From positions 2,310,001-2,342,000 of the forward strand of contig NZ_CP007536.1 in NCBI RefSeq assembly GCF_000698785.1: a DNA stretch of 32,000 nucleotides, written 5' to 3'. Within the stretch, counting starts at the first letter, position 1. Each line of letters opens with the position of its first letter. A program made the position numbers and the translations under genes. This DNA is from Nitrososphaera viennensis EN76. GTDB taxonomy: Archaea > Thermoproteota > Nitrososphaeria > Nitrososphaerales > Nitrososphaeraceae. Positions 15,144 to 23,621 of this stretch are shown here, piece after piece. The notes beneath the pieces are model-generated. The model worked only from the letters and a program-made list of their open reading frames with translations. It did no database searches and was not told the DNA's origin.

Positions 15144-15700
15144 CTTGCGTTATCTTGCAGCCAATGTTTTAAAGCGTTGAGAAGGGTAACTTGAGAATTC
15201 TTCAACAGAGAACAGGATAATTGATTTTCAGCAGATCTTGCCATAACTAAGGTTTTCACTCGACATTTGTGGAAGAAATGACCATCTATGCAGTCCATGC
15301 AAGCTCGGCCGGGCAACCAATCAAGCACATGAGCCAATAATCTGCGATAGTTGGGTGCCAATCCTCACAGCTCTGCTGCATGAACCCGTCTTCGTCATCT
15401 TTTGCGTCGCCCCCCCCCAAAATTATCGGTACAAGGGATATGAGCAGTACTCTGGGTCTTTTCTTTTTCCTGAAACCTCAAGGCTAAACATGCCTTTTGC
15501 CGTCTAGAAAGATAATATCTGGCTGTTAAAGAATGTGCGTGTGTGTGCGTCATGCAGTGTAAAATCTCACTACTGGGCTGGGGTTGATGGCGCTGGCAGC
15601 CGGCCCGCTTTTCGTACCTGCTACTACTACTGCTGCCCTTCAGCAGCAGCCTCAACCCTGCATTTCCCTAGATCAATGAGACGTGTGATTATCACGATAG

Positions 15701-15856
15701 CTATACATCGTCGCCGCCGTATCTTCTTGTCAGCTCTGTTGCCTTTGTGAGCAATTCTGACAGCTGCTCCCTTGAAGGCCTGGTCTGCTTGAAAAACTCT
15801 ACATTCATTCCAAGCAAGCCAAGCTGAGCGTACAGGTCGTCGTCCGGGTTTGTCAT
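15701..15856 (-). CDS. Candidate 51-aa protein (not in the ORF track)
   Basis: Manual translation: MTNPDDDLYAQLGLLGMNVEFFKQTRPSREQLSELLTKATELTRRYGGDDV. AT-rich box cttaaataaat (about 15880-15890, minus strand) lies about 27 nt upstream of ATG 15856. No homology recognisable. Confidence 0.3.
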   Translation of the reverse strand: MTNPDDDLYAQLGLLGMNVEFFKQTRPSREQLSELLTKATELTRRYGGDDV

Positions 15857-16167
15857 GGACGTAATAATGACATTCATGATTTATTTAAGCAAACACAAAG
15901 AAGACTCTGTTACCGTCTACTTTTGTCCGGCTCTGTACGGCTGTACAGGATAGATTGCTGAGTGGAATTACTTATAGAATAACCGGAGTGTGCAGCCCGC
16001 AAAACGCGCAAGAAACCCCGCTTTTCTTCATTATTTCAGACAACTTTTAACTGGCTCTGGGCAAACCCCACTTGTATAATTAATCATGACGCCTGCAAAA
16101 AAGAAATTTGCACTTGCCGCAGCAGGGGGAGCAGCGATAATCATCTTTGCAATCGTGAAGCTCGTCT

Positions 16168-17064
16168 TTACCCTGAACGGCTCGTAGTACTAGTAGTATT
16201 AACAAGCAGCTTTTTTGCAGCCTGCACGGTTCCCTCTACTGTATGGTGCTTTGCTTCGCGGTGCCTGACTTTTCTTCTTTTTAGCTCGGCGCTTGTGAAC
16301 GGTCCTATCGACACCACTGCCTGCACAAGCCGGTCTACGCGCACCCCTCCAAGCCTGTCGACGATTTCAAAAAACGACCGGACGTTTGACGCGCTGGTAA
16401 ACACTATCGCGTCGATTTCTCTGTCCAAAAGCATCCTGTAGAATTTTTTCCACGCCGGCGTGATGCTGGCGGTGCGCACAGAGTACAGGAAAACCTCGTC
16501 GACTGCTGCCATGCCAAGGTCCAAAAGCGCCTTTGCGGCATAATCGCCTGCCTCCGCGCTGCGCGGGATTATGATCTTTTTGCCCCTGTGACTGTCTTTT
16601 GATGATGATGACGATGACGACGACAGCAGCTCCACAAGCCCTATCGAAGAAAAGGCCTTGGGCATCATGGCGACCCTGACGCCGCGCTTTTCCAGCTCCT
16701 GCTTTGTCTTTGGCCCGACTGCGATGACCTCTGTCGACTCTAGCGCGGAGGCGATCCTTTCTTTTCCGCCGAGTTCAAAAAGCACGGCGACTGCCTGCGC
16801 GCTCATGAAAGCGCAATAGTCGTGCTTTTTTTCCTCAAGCAGTTTCAGGAACTGCCGCGCAGCCTTGCGGCCCTCCGGGACGATTTCGATGGCCTGGATG
16901 GGGACGGCTTTTCCGCCTTCTTTTTTCACGAGCCTTGAAAACTCGGCTGCTTCCTTTCTGCCCCTCGTTATCGCAAGGACCTTGCCCTCAAGGCCTGGCA
17001 CCCTTGCCACCGCCTCCTCCTTCTCCTCCTCCAAACCACGCGATTTTTTCATGAAGCGAAGCAA
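16168..17064 (-). CDS. hemD: Uroporphyrinogen-III synthase
   Basis: Two-lobed HemD pattern (GKVLAITRG..., VIAVGPKT..., IVFTSASNVRSF, VVSIGPFTS), last gene of the hem operon. The start is uncertain: it overlaps the cobA 3' end, with in-frame GTGs at 17010 and 17001. Contains an SSSSSSSS insertion. Confidence 0.85.
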   Translation of the reverse strand: MLRFMKKSRGLEEEKEEAVARVPGLEGKVLAITRGRKEAAEFSRLVKKEGGKAVPIQAIEIVPEGRKAARQFLKLLEEKKHDYCAFMSAQAVAVLFELGGKERIASALESTEVIAVGPKTKQELEKRGVRVAMMPKAFSSIGLVELLSSSSSSSSKDSHRGKKIIIPRSAEAGDYAAKALLDLGMAAVDEVFLYSVRTASITPAWKKFYRMLLDREIDAIVFTSASNVRSFFEIVDRLGGVRVDRLVQAVVSIGPFTSAELKRRKVRHREAKHHTVEGTVQAAKKLLVNTTSTTSRSG

Positions 17065-17782
17065 CTTTGCCTATTACAATAATCGCAGGCGGCTTTATCT
17101 CGCTCTTGCTTGCGACCCTGGCGGCTGTCGCAAGCGTCCCCATGACGACCCTCTGCCTTGCAGTGGTGCCGTTTTCGATGATCGCGATTTTTGTGTCCTT
17201 CTTCATGCCGCCCTTTATTAGGTCTTTTGATATCTCTTCCAGCTGGCCGATGCCCATAAGCACGACGACCGTGTCGACTGCGCCCGGCAGCTTTTTCCAG
17301 TCGACCGACACCTCATCGTCACCCTTGTTGTCTACTCCTTCGTGCCCTGTTGCAATCGCGACGGCAGACGAATAGCGCCTGTGGGTCAGCGGGATGCCGG
17401 CGTACGCCGGCCCGGCTATGGCAGACGTGATGCCCGGGATTATCTCAAACGGGACTTTGCGCTCCAGCAGGTATTCTGCCTCCTCTGCGCCCCTGCCAAA
17501 GATGAACGGGTCGCCCCCCTTCAGTCGGAGCACGCTCTTGTTCTTTCTGGCGTATTTTACCATCAGCTCATTCGTGCGCTTTTGGTGCGTGGTGGGGTCG
17601 CCAACCGCCCTTCCGACGTACACCTTTTCCGCGCTTTTCGGTATCTGGTCGATTATCTCCTGCCCGACGAGGCGGTCGTAAAGCACCACGTCGCAGCTCT
17701 TCAAGAGCTCCATCGCGCGCACAGTCATCAGCTTGGGGTCGCCGGGGCCCGCCCCGCAGATGTACACCCTGCCTATACTCAT
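16988..17782 (-). CDS. cobA: Uroporphyrinogen-III C-methyltransferase (SUMT)
   Basis: MSIGRVYICGAGPGDPKLMTVRA, LRLKGGDPFIFGRG and IPGITS are the SUMT signatures. ATG 17782 overlaps the hemC stop (ATGA). The 115-aa Arg-rich upstream extension in the track ORF is rejected. Confidence 0.9.
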   Translation of the reverse strand: MSIGRVYICGAGPGDPKLMTVRAMELLKSCDVVLYDRLVGQEIIDQIPKSAEKVYVGRAVGDPTTHQKRTNELMVKYARKNKSVLRLKGGDPFIFGRGAEEAEYLLERKVPFEIIPGITSAIAGPAYAGIPLTHRRYSSAVAIATGHEGVDNKGDDEVSVDWKKLPGAVDTVVVLMGIGQLEEISKDLIKGGMKKDTKIAIIENGTTARQRVVMGTLATAARVASKSEIKPPAIIVIGKVASLHEKIAWFGGGEGGGGGKGARP

Positions 17783-18741
17783 GCCTTTTTGTTCCACTCC
17801 TCGACGGCCCTGCGCCAGCCCTCTGCCATCTCTTGCGCGCCCTGCTTGACGAGGAGGTCCGCGACACTCCTGCCCAGCTTTTCCGCGTTCTTGGCGCTGC
17901 CCGTCTTCCTTACCTTGATGTTCCTGCTCCCGTCTACCGAAAACACGCTTGCATAGAGCGTTATCTTGCCGCCTTCCTTTGTCGTCACCGCGACTGCGCC
18001 AAGCGGGAACCTGCATCCCCCTTCCACCTTCTCGATGAGCGCGCGCTCGGCAGTAACCTCCGCCCTCGACCTCGGGTCCTCGATGCTCCGGAGCATCTCT
18101 ATCGTCTTTTTGTCGTCGCGCCTGCACACAATGGCAATCGCGCCCTGCCCCGGCGCCGGGACAAAGTCGCGCACCCCAAACCTTTCTACTATCACGTCTT
18201 TCATGCCTATCCTTGTAAGCCCTGCCTCGGCAAGCACGACTGCGTCAAACTCGCCGCTTATCACTTTTTTCACGCGCGTCTCGACGTTTCCGCGTATCGG
18301 CTTGACTGAAATGTCGGGCCGCTCCTTCATCAATTGAATCGCTCTGCGCAGGCTGCTCGTGCCCACCACAGAGCCGGCGGCAAGCTCTTTCAGCTTTTGC
18401 CCCTTTTCGTTCACAAGGACGTCGTTGGGGCTTGCCCTTTTTGGTATGCATGCGACTATCAGCTCGTCTGAAAGGTCGTTTGGGATGTCCTTGAGGCTGT
18501 GCACCGCAAAGTCGACTTGGCCCTTTTTCACCGCCTCGTTGACCTCCTTTTCAAAGATCCCCTTTTCGTCCATCGTGAACAGGGGCCGCCTGTCGACGTC
18601 CCCCTTGGTGCTTATCGTCACGACCTCGAATTTCGCGCCGGGGTGAGCCTTTCTGAGCGCGGCAAGCGCAAGCTCGGTCTGCGCGACTGCAAGCCTGCTT
18701 CCCCTCGTGCCTACCCTGATGGTTGTTGCTGTCTTTTTCAT
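17779..18741 (-). CDS. hemC: Hydroxymethylbilane synthase (porphobilinogen deaminase)
   Basis: IRVGTRGSRLAVAQT N-terminus, HSLKDIP, GNVETR and the cofactor Cys region EGGCRFPLGA. ATG 18741 shares one base with the hemL TAA. Confidence 0.9.
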   Translation of the reverse strand: MKKTATTIRVGTRGSRLAVAQTELALAALRKAHPGAKFEVVTISTKGDVDRRPLFTMDEKGIFEKEVNEAVKKGQVDFAVHSLKDIPNDLSDELIVACIPKRASPNDVLVNEKGQKLKELAAGSVVGTSSLRRAIQLMKERPDISVKPIRGNVETRVKKVISGEFDAVVLAEAGLTRIGMKDVIVERFGVRDFVPAPGQGAIAIVCRRDDKKTIEMLRSIEDPRSRAEVTAERALIEKVEGGCRFPLGAVAVTTKEGGKITLYASVFSVDGSRNIKVRKTGSAKNAEKLGRSVADLLVKQGAQEMAEGWRRAVEEWNKKA

Positions 18742-20066
18742 TATTTCTGCTGTTCCTTTATCTTTTTGAAAGCCTCGCTGTACGCGTCCACAGTCCTGTC
18801 GACGTCGTCCTCGTCGTGAGCGTACGACACAAAGCACGTCTCAAACTGCGACGGCGGTATGAACACGTTGCGCCTTAGCAACTCGTCAAACAATTTCCTG
18901 AATTTGGCAGGATCCGCCTTTTTCGCGCTCGCCTCGTCCCTCACCCTGTCGGCGGTGAAAAACACCTGGTACATCGAGCCGATAGAGTTTATCGTGCAAT
19001 TTATGCCGCCAATGTCCTCGAGCTCCTCCCTGATGCCTTCCACTATGCTGTCGCACGTCCTTGCGACCTGCGGGTAGATAGAGTCCTTGGCCTCAAAGAG
19101 CGTCGAAAGTGCCGCAATTGCCGCAGACACCGACACGGGGTTTCCGGCAAAAGTGCTTGCCTGGTACACCCTGCCTGCCGGAGCCAGCTGCTGCATTATC
19201 TCCTTGCTCCCTGCAATCGCGCCTACCGGAAAGCCGTTTCCAAGCGCCTTGGCAAAGGTCGCCAGGTCCGGCCTTATCCCAAAGAACTCGCCAGCACCGC
19301 CGAGCGCAAGCCTGAAACCCGTGACCACCTCGTCAAATATCAGCACTGTGTCGTTTTGCTGCGTTATCTTTCTGACGTCGCTCAGGTAGTTCTTGTCCGG
19401 GAGCACAAGGCCGATGTTTGCAAGCACCGGCTCCATTATCACGCAGGCAGCATCGTCGCGGTTCCTTTCAATAGTGCGCTCCAGCTCTGCCGCGTCGTTG
19501 TACGGGGAAACGATGGTCTGCGCCGACGCCTCTTCGAGCACGCCTTCTGAAGCCGGCAGGCTTGCCGCGCCCGACCCTGCCTTTACCAGGACATAGTCGT
19601 GCGCGCCGTGGTACCCGCCATCAAATTTTATGACCTTCTTTTTCTTTGTAAACGCCCTTGCAAGGCGTATCGCGTTCATCGTGGCCTCTGACCCGGTGTT
19701 GACGAGCCTGACCATGTCGGCGCAGGGGACCGCCTTTGAAACAAGTTCTGCAAGCTTGATCTCAAGCTCGGTCGGCACGCAGTACAGCGTTCCCTTGTCA
19801 AGCTGAGACCTGGCCGCGTCGAGCACGGAAGGGTAGCCGTGCCCGAGCAGCATGGCGCCGTAGCCCATGCAATAGTCTGTAAGCGTCCTGTGGTCGGCAG
19901 TCACCAGCTTGCTCCCCCTTGCCGAAGCGGCAAAGAACGGGTACGGCTCGAAATAGCGGACCGGGCTGTCGACGCCTCCGGGCAGCACCTTCTTTGCCCT
20001 GTTGTACAGCTGCTCTGACCTGCTGCTAGCCGCCGCCACCACGGATGTTTGTCGTTTTTGCGCCAT
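18741..20066 (-). CDS. hemL: Glutamate-1-semialdehyde 2,1-aminomutase
   Basis: 441 aa. LPGGVDSPVR near the N-terminus, and a class-III aminotransferase core (VIMEPV, DEVVTGFR, the PLP-Lys context FAKALGNGFP). Confidence 0.93.
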   Translation of the reverse strand: MAQKRQTSVVAAASSRSEQLYNRAKKVLPGGVDSPVRYFEPYPFFAASARGSKLVTADHRTLTDYCMGYGAMLLGHGYPSVLDAARSQLDKGTLYCVPTELEIKLAELVSKAVPCADMVRLVNTGSEATMNAIRLARAFTKKKKVIKFDGGYHGAHDYVLVKAGSGAASLPASEGVLEEASAQTIVSPYNDAAELERTIERNRDDAACVIMEPVLANIGLVLPDKNYLSDVRKITQQNDTVLIFDEVVTGFRLALGGAGEFFGIRPDLATFAKALGNGFPVGAIAGSKEIMQQLAPAGRVYQASTFAGNPVSVSAAIAALSTLFEAKDSIYPQVARTCDSIVEGIREELEDIGGINCTINSIGSMYQVFFTADRVRDEASAKKADPAKFRKLFDELLRRNVFIPPSQFETCFVSYAHDEDDVDRTVDAYSEAFKKIKEQQK

Positions 20067-20139
20067 AATAAGCGTATACGTTCATTAATCTGCCGCGGCA
20101 TTGGGAGGAGCATTGGGGACTACTGCGTTTTCCGCCCTC

Positions 20140-20610
20140 ATGGATGATTTCCGTGCGAACGTGGCCCAGAACCGCGACGCCCTTTTGGCCATGGCAAAAA
20201 GGAACCCTCACATGGCGTACCAGAAGGTAAACGAGCTTGCGCTGTTTGTCGGCTCGCGGCACAGAGTCAACCTGCAGCTGCACTTTCCAGTTCCGGCCAA
20301 GGTTGCAGACGTCGACTCGTACGGTACGGAAAATGTCGGCATCGTAGTCGACAAGTTCCGCCGGACGTTTCCGGTGCCACGCGAAACGGTAAAACAAAAA
20401 GCCGCCGAAATCCTCGGGCCCGGCGCAAAGGCGCTTGACGCCTACATGTACGAGGGCAAGGAGGGGGTCAAGGTGGTGATGGCTGCAGAAGGCCGGATTG
20501 AAGTGCTTCCCGGCTCGGTGCACCTGTGGTGCAGGGTGGACAACGAGCGCGTGAAAAAATACGCGGACTGGCTGATGGAAAACGTGTATTTCGTCAGCGC
20601 GACAGGCTGA
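20140..20610 (+). CDS. Hypothetical protein
   Basis: ORF divergent from hemL. ATG 20140 is preferred over TTG 20101. No recognisable motif. Confidence 0.5.
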   Translation: MDDFRANVAQNRDALLAMAKRNPHMAYQKVNELALFVGSRHRVNLQLHFPVPAKVADVDSYGTENVGIVVDKFRRTFPVPRETVKQKAAEILGPGAKALDAYMYEGKEGVKVVMAAEGRIEVLPGSVHLWCRVDNERVKKYADWLMENVYFVSATG

Positions 20611-21289
20611 CGAGCTCGTACCTGTAGTACAGCTGGTCGTTGATGTCGTACGTCTCTGCCTTGACCGGCATCGGCAGGTCCTTTACGACGTATATCTTGC
20701 TAGTGTTGTTGCTCAGCTTGTAGCTGAGCACCAGCGCGTCAAACGTGCCTGCCGGCGTGGTGACTTGCTCCTCGCTCGTTATCTTGACCGTGATCGGAGT
20801 CGTGCCGCCTGTGACTATGGTGTTCCACGGCGCGCCCACGACCAGGTACTTGTCCCTTCCGCCATAGTCCATGTCCCTTATCGCAAGTATCGACGACTCG
20901 ATTGGTTCCAGGTACTGCCTTGCAGGCTCGCTAATGCTTCCTTCCTTGGTGAGCTCTTTTGAAAACATGACGTCAAACTGCTGCGTTCCCTGCGTGCCGT
21001 TTACGACGTCAAACGCGGTGCGCCAGCTGTCGCCTGACTTGTTGAATGTTATCGAAACGTTTGCATCGGCAAGCGACGGCGGGCCCTGCGAGTCCACGGT
21101 GTAGCCCATCGAAAGGCCGTCTGTGACCTGCGCGCCTATCACGTAAATATCGGCCGAAGTAGGCGGGTTGAATATCGAGGTGTCGCCGCCCGCAAACCCT
21201 CCGCCAAACGCGATAATGCCAACGCTCACGCCGATTCCTAGCGCGGAGAACAGGCCGACCATGACTGCGACTTGCTGCTTTGGGGTCAC
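20594..21289 (-). CDS. N-terminally membrane-anchored extracytoplasmic beta-rich protein, unknown function
   Basis: GTG start. One TM helix (VAVMVGLFSALGIGVSVGIIAF), then a Thr/Val/Asp-rich beta-type sequence. 231 aa. Confidence 0.65.
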   Translation of the reverse strand: MTPKQQVAVMVGLFSALGIGVSVGIIAFGGGFAGGDTSIFNPPTSADIYVIGAQVTDGLSMGYTVDSQGPPSLADANVSITFNKSGDSWRTAFDVVNGTQGTQQFDVMFSKELTKEGSISEPARQYLEPIESSILAIRDMDYGGRDKYLVVGAPWNTIVTGGTTPITVKITSEEQVTTPAGTFDALVLSYKLSNNTSKIYVVKDLPMPVKAETYDINDQLYYRYELVSLSR

Positions 21290-21337
21290 GACAGCTCCTC
21301 TTCAGTTTCCTGCCTTATTTATAGAATTTCGGACATT

Positions 21338-21748
21338 TTAACCTGACATCTTCATTATCCTTTCCCACAGCTTTTCCGGGACTGGCATCACAGACAGGCG
21401 CGATATCCTGACAAGCTCCCACTGCGCAAACGCGCTGTCTGCTTTTATCTGGTCAAGGGTCACCGGCTTTTTCAGCCTGCCAGCCGGCCTGACGTCAACC
21501 ACGACAAGCGACTCGTCTTTCTCCTTTGGGTCCGGGTAGGGGTCTGATATGACTTCCATTATGCCGACTGCCTGCCTTTCGTCGCCGGTGTGGTAGAATA
21601 TCGCCTTGTCGCCCTTTTTCACGCTCCTCAGGTGCTTGAGCGCAAGGTTGTTTGCCACCCCGTCCCACACTGTCTTGCCGTCCTTTTCCAGCTGCGAATA
21701 GTTGTACGTGGAAGGCTCTTGCTTGAACAGCCAGTATGATGATGCCAT
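21338..21748 (-). CDS. EVE domain (PUA-like fold) protein
   Basis: MASSYWLFKQEPSTY..., VWDGVANNLALKHLRSVKKGDKAIFYHTG and QAVGIMEV match the EVE/THYN1 family pattern. 136 aa. Confidence 0.85.
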   Translation of the reverse strand: MASSYWLFKQEPSTYNYSQLEKDGKTVWDGVANNLALKHLRSVKKGDKAIFYHTGDERQAVGIMEVISDPYPDPKEKDESLVVVDVRPAGRLKKPVTLDQIKADSAFAQWELVRISRLSVMPVPEKLWERIMKMSG

Positions 21749-21837
21749 ATACAGCCACCGGTCGGCGGCCGCACAATATAAGTTACAAAGGAGGAAACGC
21801 TACGCTGTTGCAGCCGACTGTCCCCAAGATAGACCTG

Positions 21838-23067
21838 ATGGCCGGAATCGAGTGCTACTGCTGCACCGATTTTCCTGGCATCGGCGGGTCGATAAAGCAA
21901 GACAGCACATCGTTCAGGGTGTCCGAACTCGTCGACGAGTCGTCGCTTGGCGTTTCAAAAGAGTTTGGCGGCGCGCACCGCTATCCGCTCTACCTGCTGG
22001 AAAAGGAGGGAGTGGATTCTAACCACGCGCTGTTTGAAATCGAGCGGGAGCACCGTGTGCGCCTGCGCGTGATGGGGATAAAGGACGCAAAGGCAGTAAC
22101 GAGCCAGTACGCAGGAACAGAGGGGGCGTGGCAGGGCGCGCCAAAAGAGCTGCGCACAAAGCATACAAGGCTGACGCTCCAGGGCTTTACAAAGAGGCCG
22201 CTTGGCAGAAAACTGCTTGCAGGAAACGAGTTTTCCATAATCATCCAGAATCCATTGCGCGACAACATTTCCGGCTTTGAGCGGCAGGTGCAAAAAATAG
22301 CCAACTTTTACGGCCTGCAGCGGTTTGGAAGCGAGCGCCTCGTCACCCACCTCGTGGGCAGGGCGATAGTGAAGAAAGACTTTGCAAAGGCGGTGGAGCT
22401 CTTGCTGTCGTACACCACAGAGTACGACACCGATTCCAGCCGCGAGATGAGGCGCAGATGCCTCGACCCTTCCGGCTACCGGCAGGCGCTCAAGGAGATG
22501 CCCCGGGGCATGGACATTGAAAGGCAGCTCCTGTCCGCGCTTGTGGCAGGCAAAGAACCCATAGCTGCGCTTCGCGCTGTGCCGATACAGATACGCCGGC
22601 TCTTTGTGCAGGCGTACCAGGCATACATCTTTAACAGGTGCGTGAGCAGGGCAATCGGGCAGGGCGAGGACATCGCGTCGCCAAAGCAGGGCGACCTGTG
22701 CTTTGAGATGGAGGGCCCCTTTACGTTTGGCAGGATAAAGAAATACGATCCTTCTTCTTCTAATGTACAGTCTGTCCCGGCGGTGAGGATGGCCGGCTAT
22801 ACCTTCCAGCCGGGCAAGGGGCGCTTTGAGGAGATGACAAAGGAACTGCTCGCACAGGAAGGAGTCGCTGCAAAGGACTTTTACGTAAAAGAGATGCAGG
22901 AGCTGAGCCAGCAGGGCGGATTTCGCCAGGCGCCCCTGTGGTGCAGGGACTTTGTCTGGAAGAAAAACCCCCTGACAGTCTCGTTCAAGCTCCCAAAGGG
23001 CTCGTACGCCACCACGCTCTTGCGCGAGCTGATAAAACCGGAAAACCCGGTAAAAGCAGGATTTTGA
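21838..23067 (+). CDS. truD: tRNA pseudouridine synthase TruD/Pus7 family
   Basis: GIGGSIKQDSTSFRVSE N-terminus and NFYGLQRFG (the TruD N-x-F-G-x-Q-R-F-G motif). ATG 21838 is preferred because ATG 21736 would overlap the divergent EVE gene. Confidence 0.88.
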   Translation: MAGIECYCCTDFPGIGGSIKQDSTSFRVSELVDESSLGVSKEFGGAHRYPLYLLEKEGVDSNHALFEIEREHRVRLRVMGIKDAKAVTSQYAGTEGAWQGAPKELRTKHTRLTLQGFTKRPLGRKLLAGNEFSIIIQNPLRDNISGFERQVQKIANFYGLQRFGSERLVTHLVGRAIVKKDFAKAVELLLSYTTEYDTDSSREMRRRCLDPSGYRQALKEMPRGMDIERQLLSALVAGKEPIAALRAVPIQIRRLFVQAYQAYIFNRCVSRAIGQGEDIASPKQGDLCFEMEGPFTFGRIKKYDPSSSNVQSVPAVRMAGYTFQPGKGRFEEMTKELLAQEGVAAKDFYVKEMQELSQQGGFRQAPLWCRDFVWKKNPLTVSFKLPKGSYATTLLRELIKPENPVKAGF

Positions 23068-23081
23068 TGGCACGATCAGTG

Positions 23082-23125
23082 GGCCCTGCCCGCGGAAAGG
23101 GAAGAGGCGCCGACCGGGCAGGGCC
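23082..23125 (+). other. GC-rich hairpin (11-bp perfect stem, 22-nt loop) 15 nt after the truD stop
   Basis: ggccctgcccg (23082-23092) and cgggcagggcc (23115-23125) are exact reverse complements. Confidence 0.4.
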
Positions 23126-23182
23126 GCTCTGTTCTTGGGGTTAGCTACCCCTGCTAGCCTGTTTCTGTATTAAAGGCTGGCG

Positions 23183-23217
23183 TAACATTGTTCACTCTCT
23201 CACCTTAACATTGTTCA
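23183..23217. promoter_or_regulatory. Two direct copies of TAACATTGTTCA spaced 23 nt start-to-start, just upstream of the wHTH gene promoter
   Basis: Identical 12-mers at 23183-23194 and 23206-23217. Core AACA-n-TGTT is dyad-symmetric. A TATA-like tttagatat follows at 23223-23231. Confidence 0.45.
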
Positions 23218-23264
23218 TCGACCTTTAGATATCCTCCGCGCATATTGTACAGTGTGTCGCGGCT

Positions 23265-23621
23265 GTGGTGCCTCCATCATTATCAACAGCAACAACAACA
23301 GCAGCAGTAGCTCAGCAGGCAACAGTATCCTACCGGGACAGGATCTACATCGTCAAGGACATCCTGCTGAAACTGGTGGAGTATGGCGAGCTGAACCAGA
23401 CCGCGCTTGTCAGCTTTTGCGGGCTGAACCTGAAAAAGCACAAGCCCATACTTGACGACCTTGAATTCAAGGGGCTCGTGCGCCGGTCGGAAAGGACTGC
23501 CGGCAAAAGGACGGTCACGTTTTATTCAACGACGGCGTGGGGCATGGAATTTTGCAGGACGATACTGGAGCCGTACGAAAAGATGTTCCCGCGAAGCAAG
23601 GGGCATTTCACGCCAGAGTAG
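23265..23621 (+). CDS. Small winged-helix DNA-binding protein (putative transcription regulator)
   Basis: GTG start. Core IYIVKDILLKLVEYGELNQTALVSFCGLNLKKHKPILDDLEFKGLVRRSERTAGKRTVTFYSTT fits helix-turn-helix plus a beta-hairpin wing. Confidence 0.65.
   Translation: MVPPSLSTATTTAAVAQQATVSYRDRIYIVKDILLKLVEYGELNQTALVSFCGLNLKKHKPILDDLEFKGLVRRSERTAGKRTVTFYSTTAWGMEFCRTILEPYEKMFPRSKGHFTPE

Noticed and set aside
16012-16025. gaaaccccgctttt resembles the tRNA-Lys 3' end plus flank (gaacccgcttta) near the far edge of the low-GC block, so it could be a degenerate att repeat
   Set aside because: The match needs two indels over about 13 nt. That is too weak to distinguish from chance without a formal repeat search, and no integrase is present.
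17783-18127. 115-aa N-terminal extension of the cobA ORF
   Set aside because: It lies wholly inside hemC in another frame and is an Arg/Gly/Gln-rich low-complexity translation. The SUMT homology starts at MSIGRVYICGAGPGD, whose ATG overlaps the hemC stop.
21955-23073. 372-aa ORF on the minus strand, the longest unassigned ORF in the window
   Set aside because: It is entirely antisense to truD, which has clear family motifs. Its composition is Arg/Leu/Ala/His-rich, typical of shadow ORFs in GC-rich DNA, and it has no motif.
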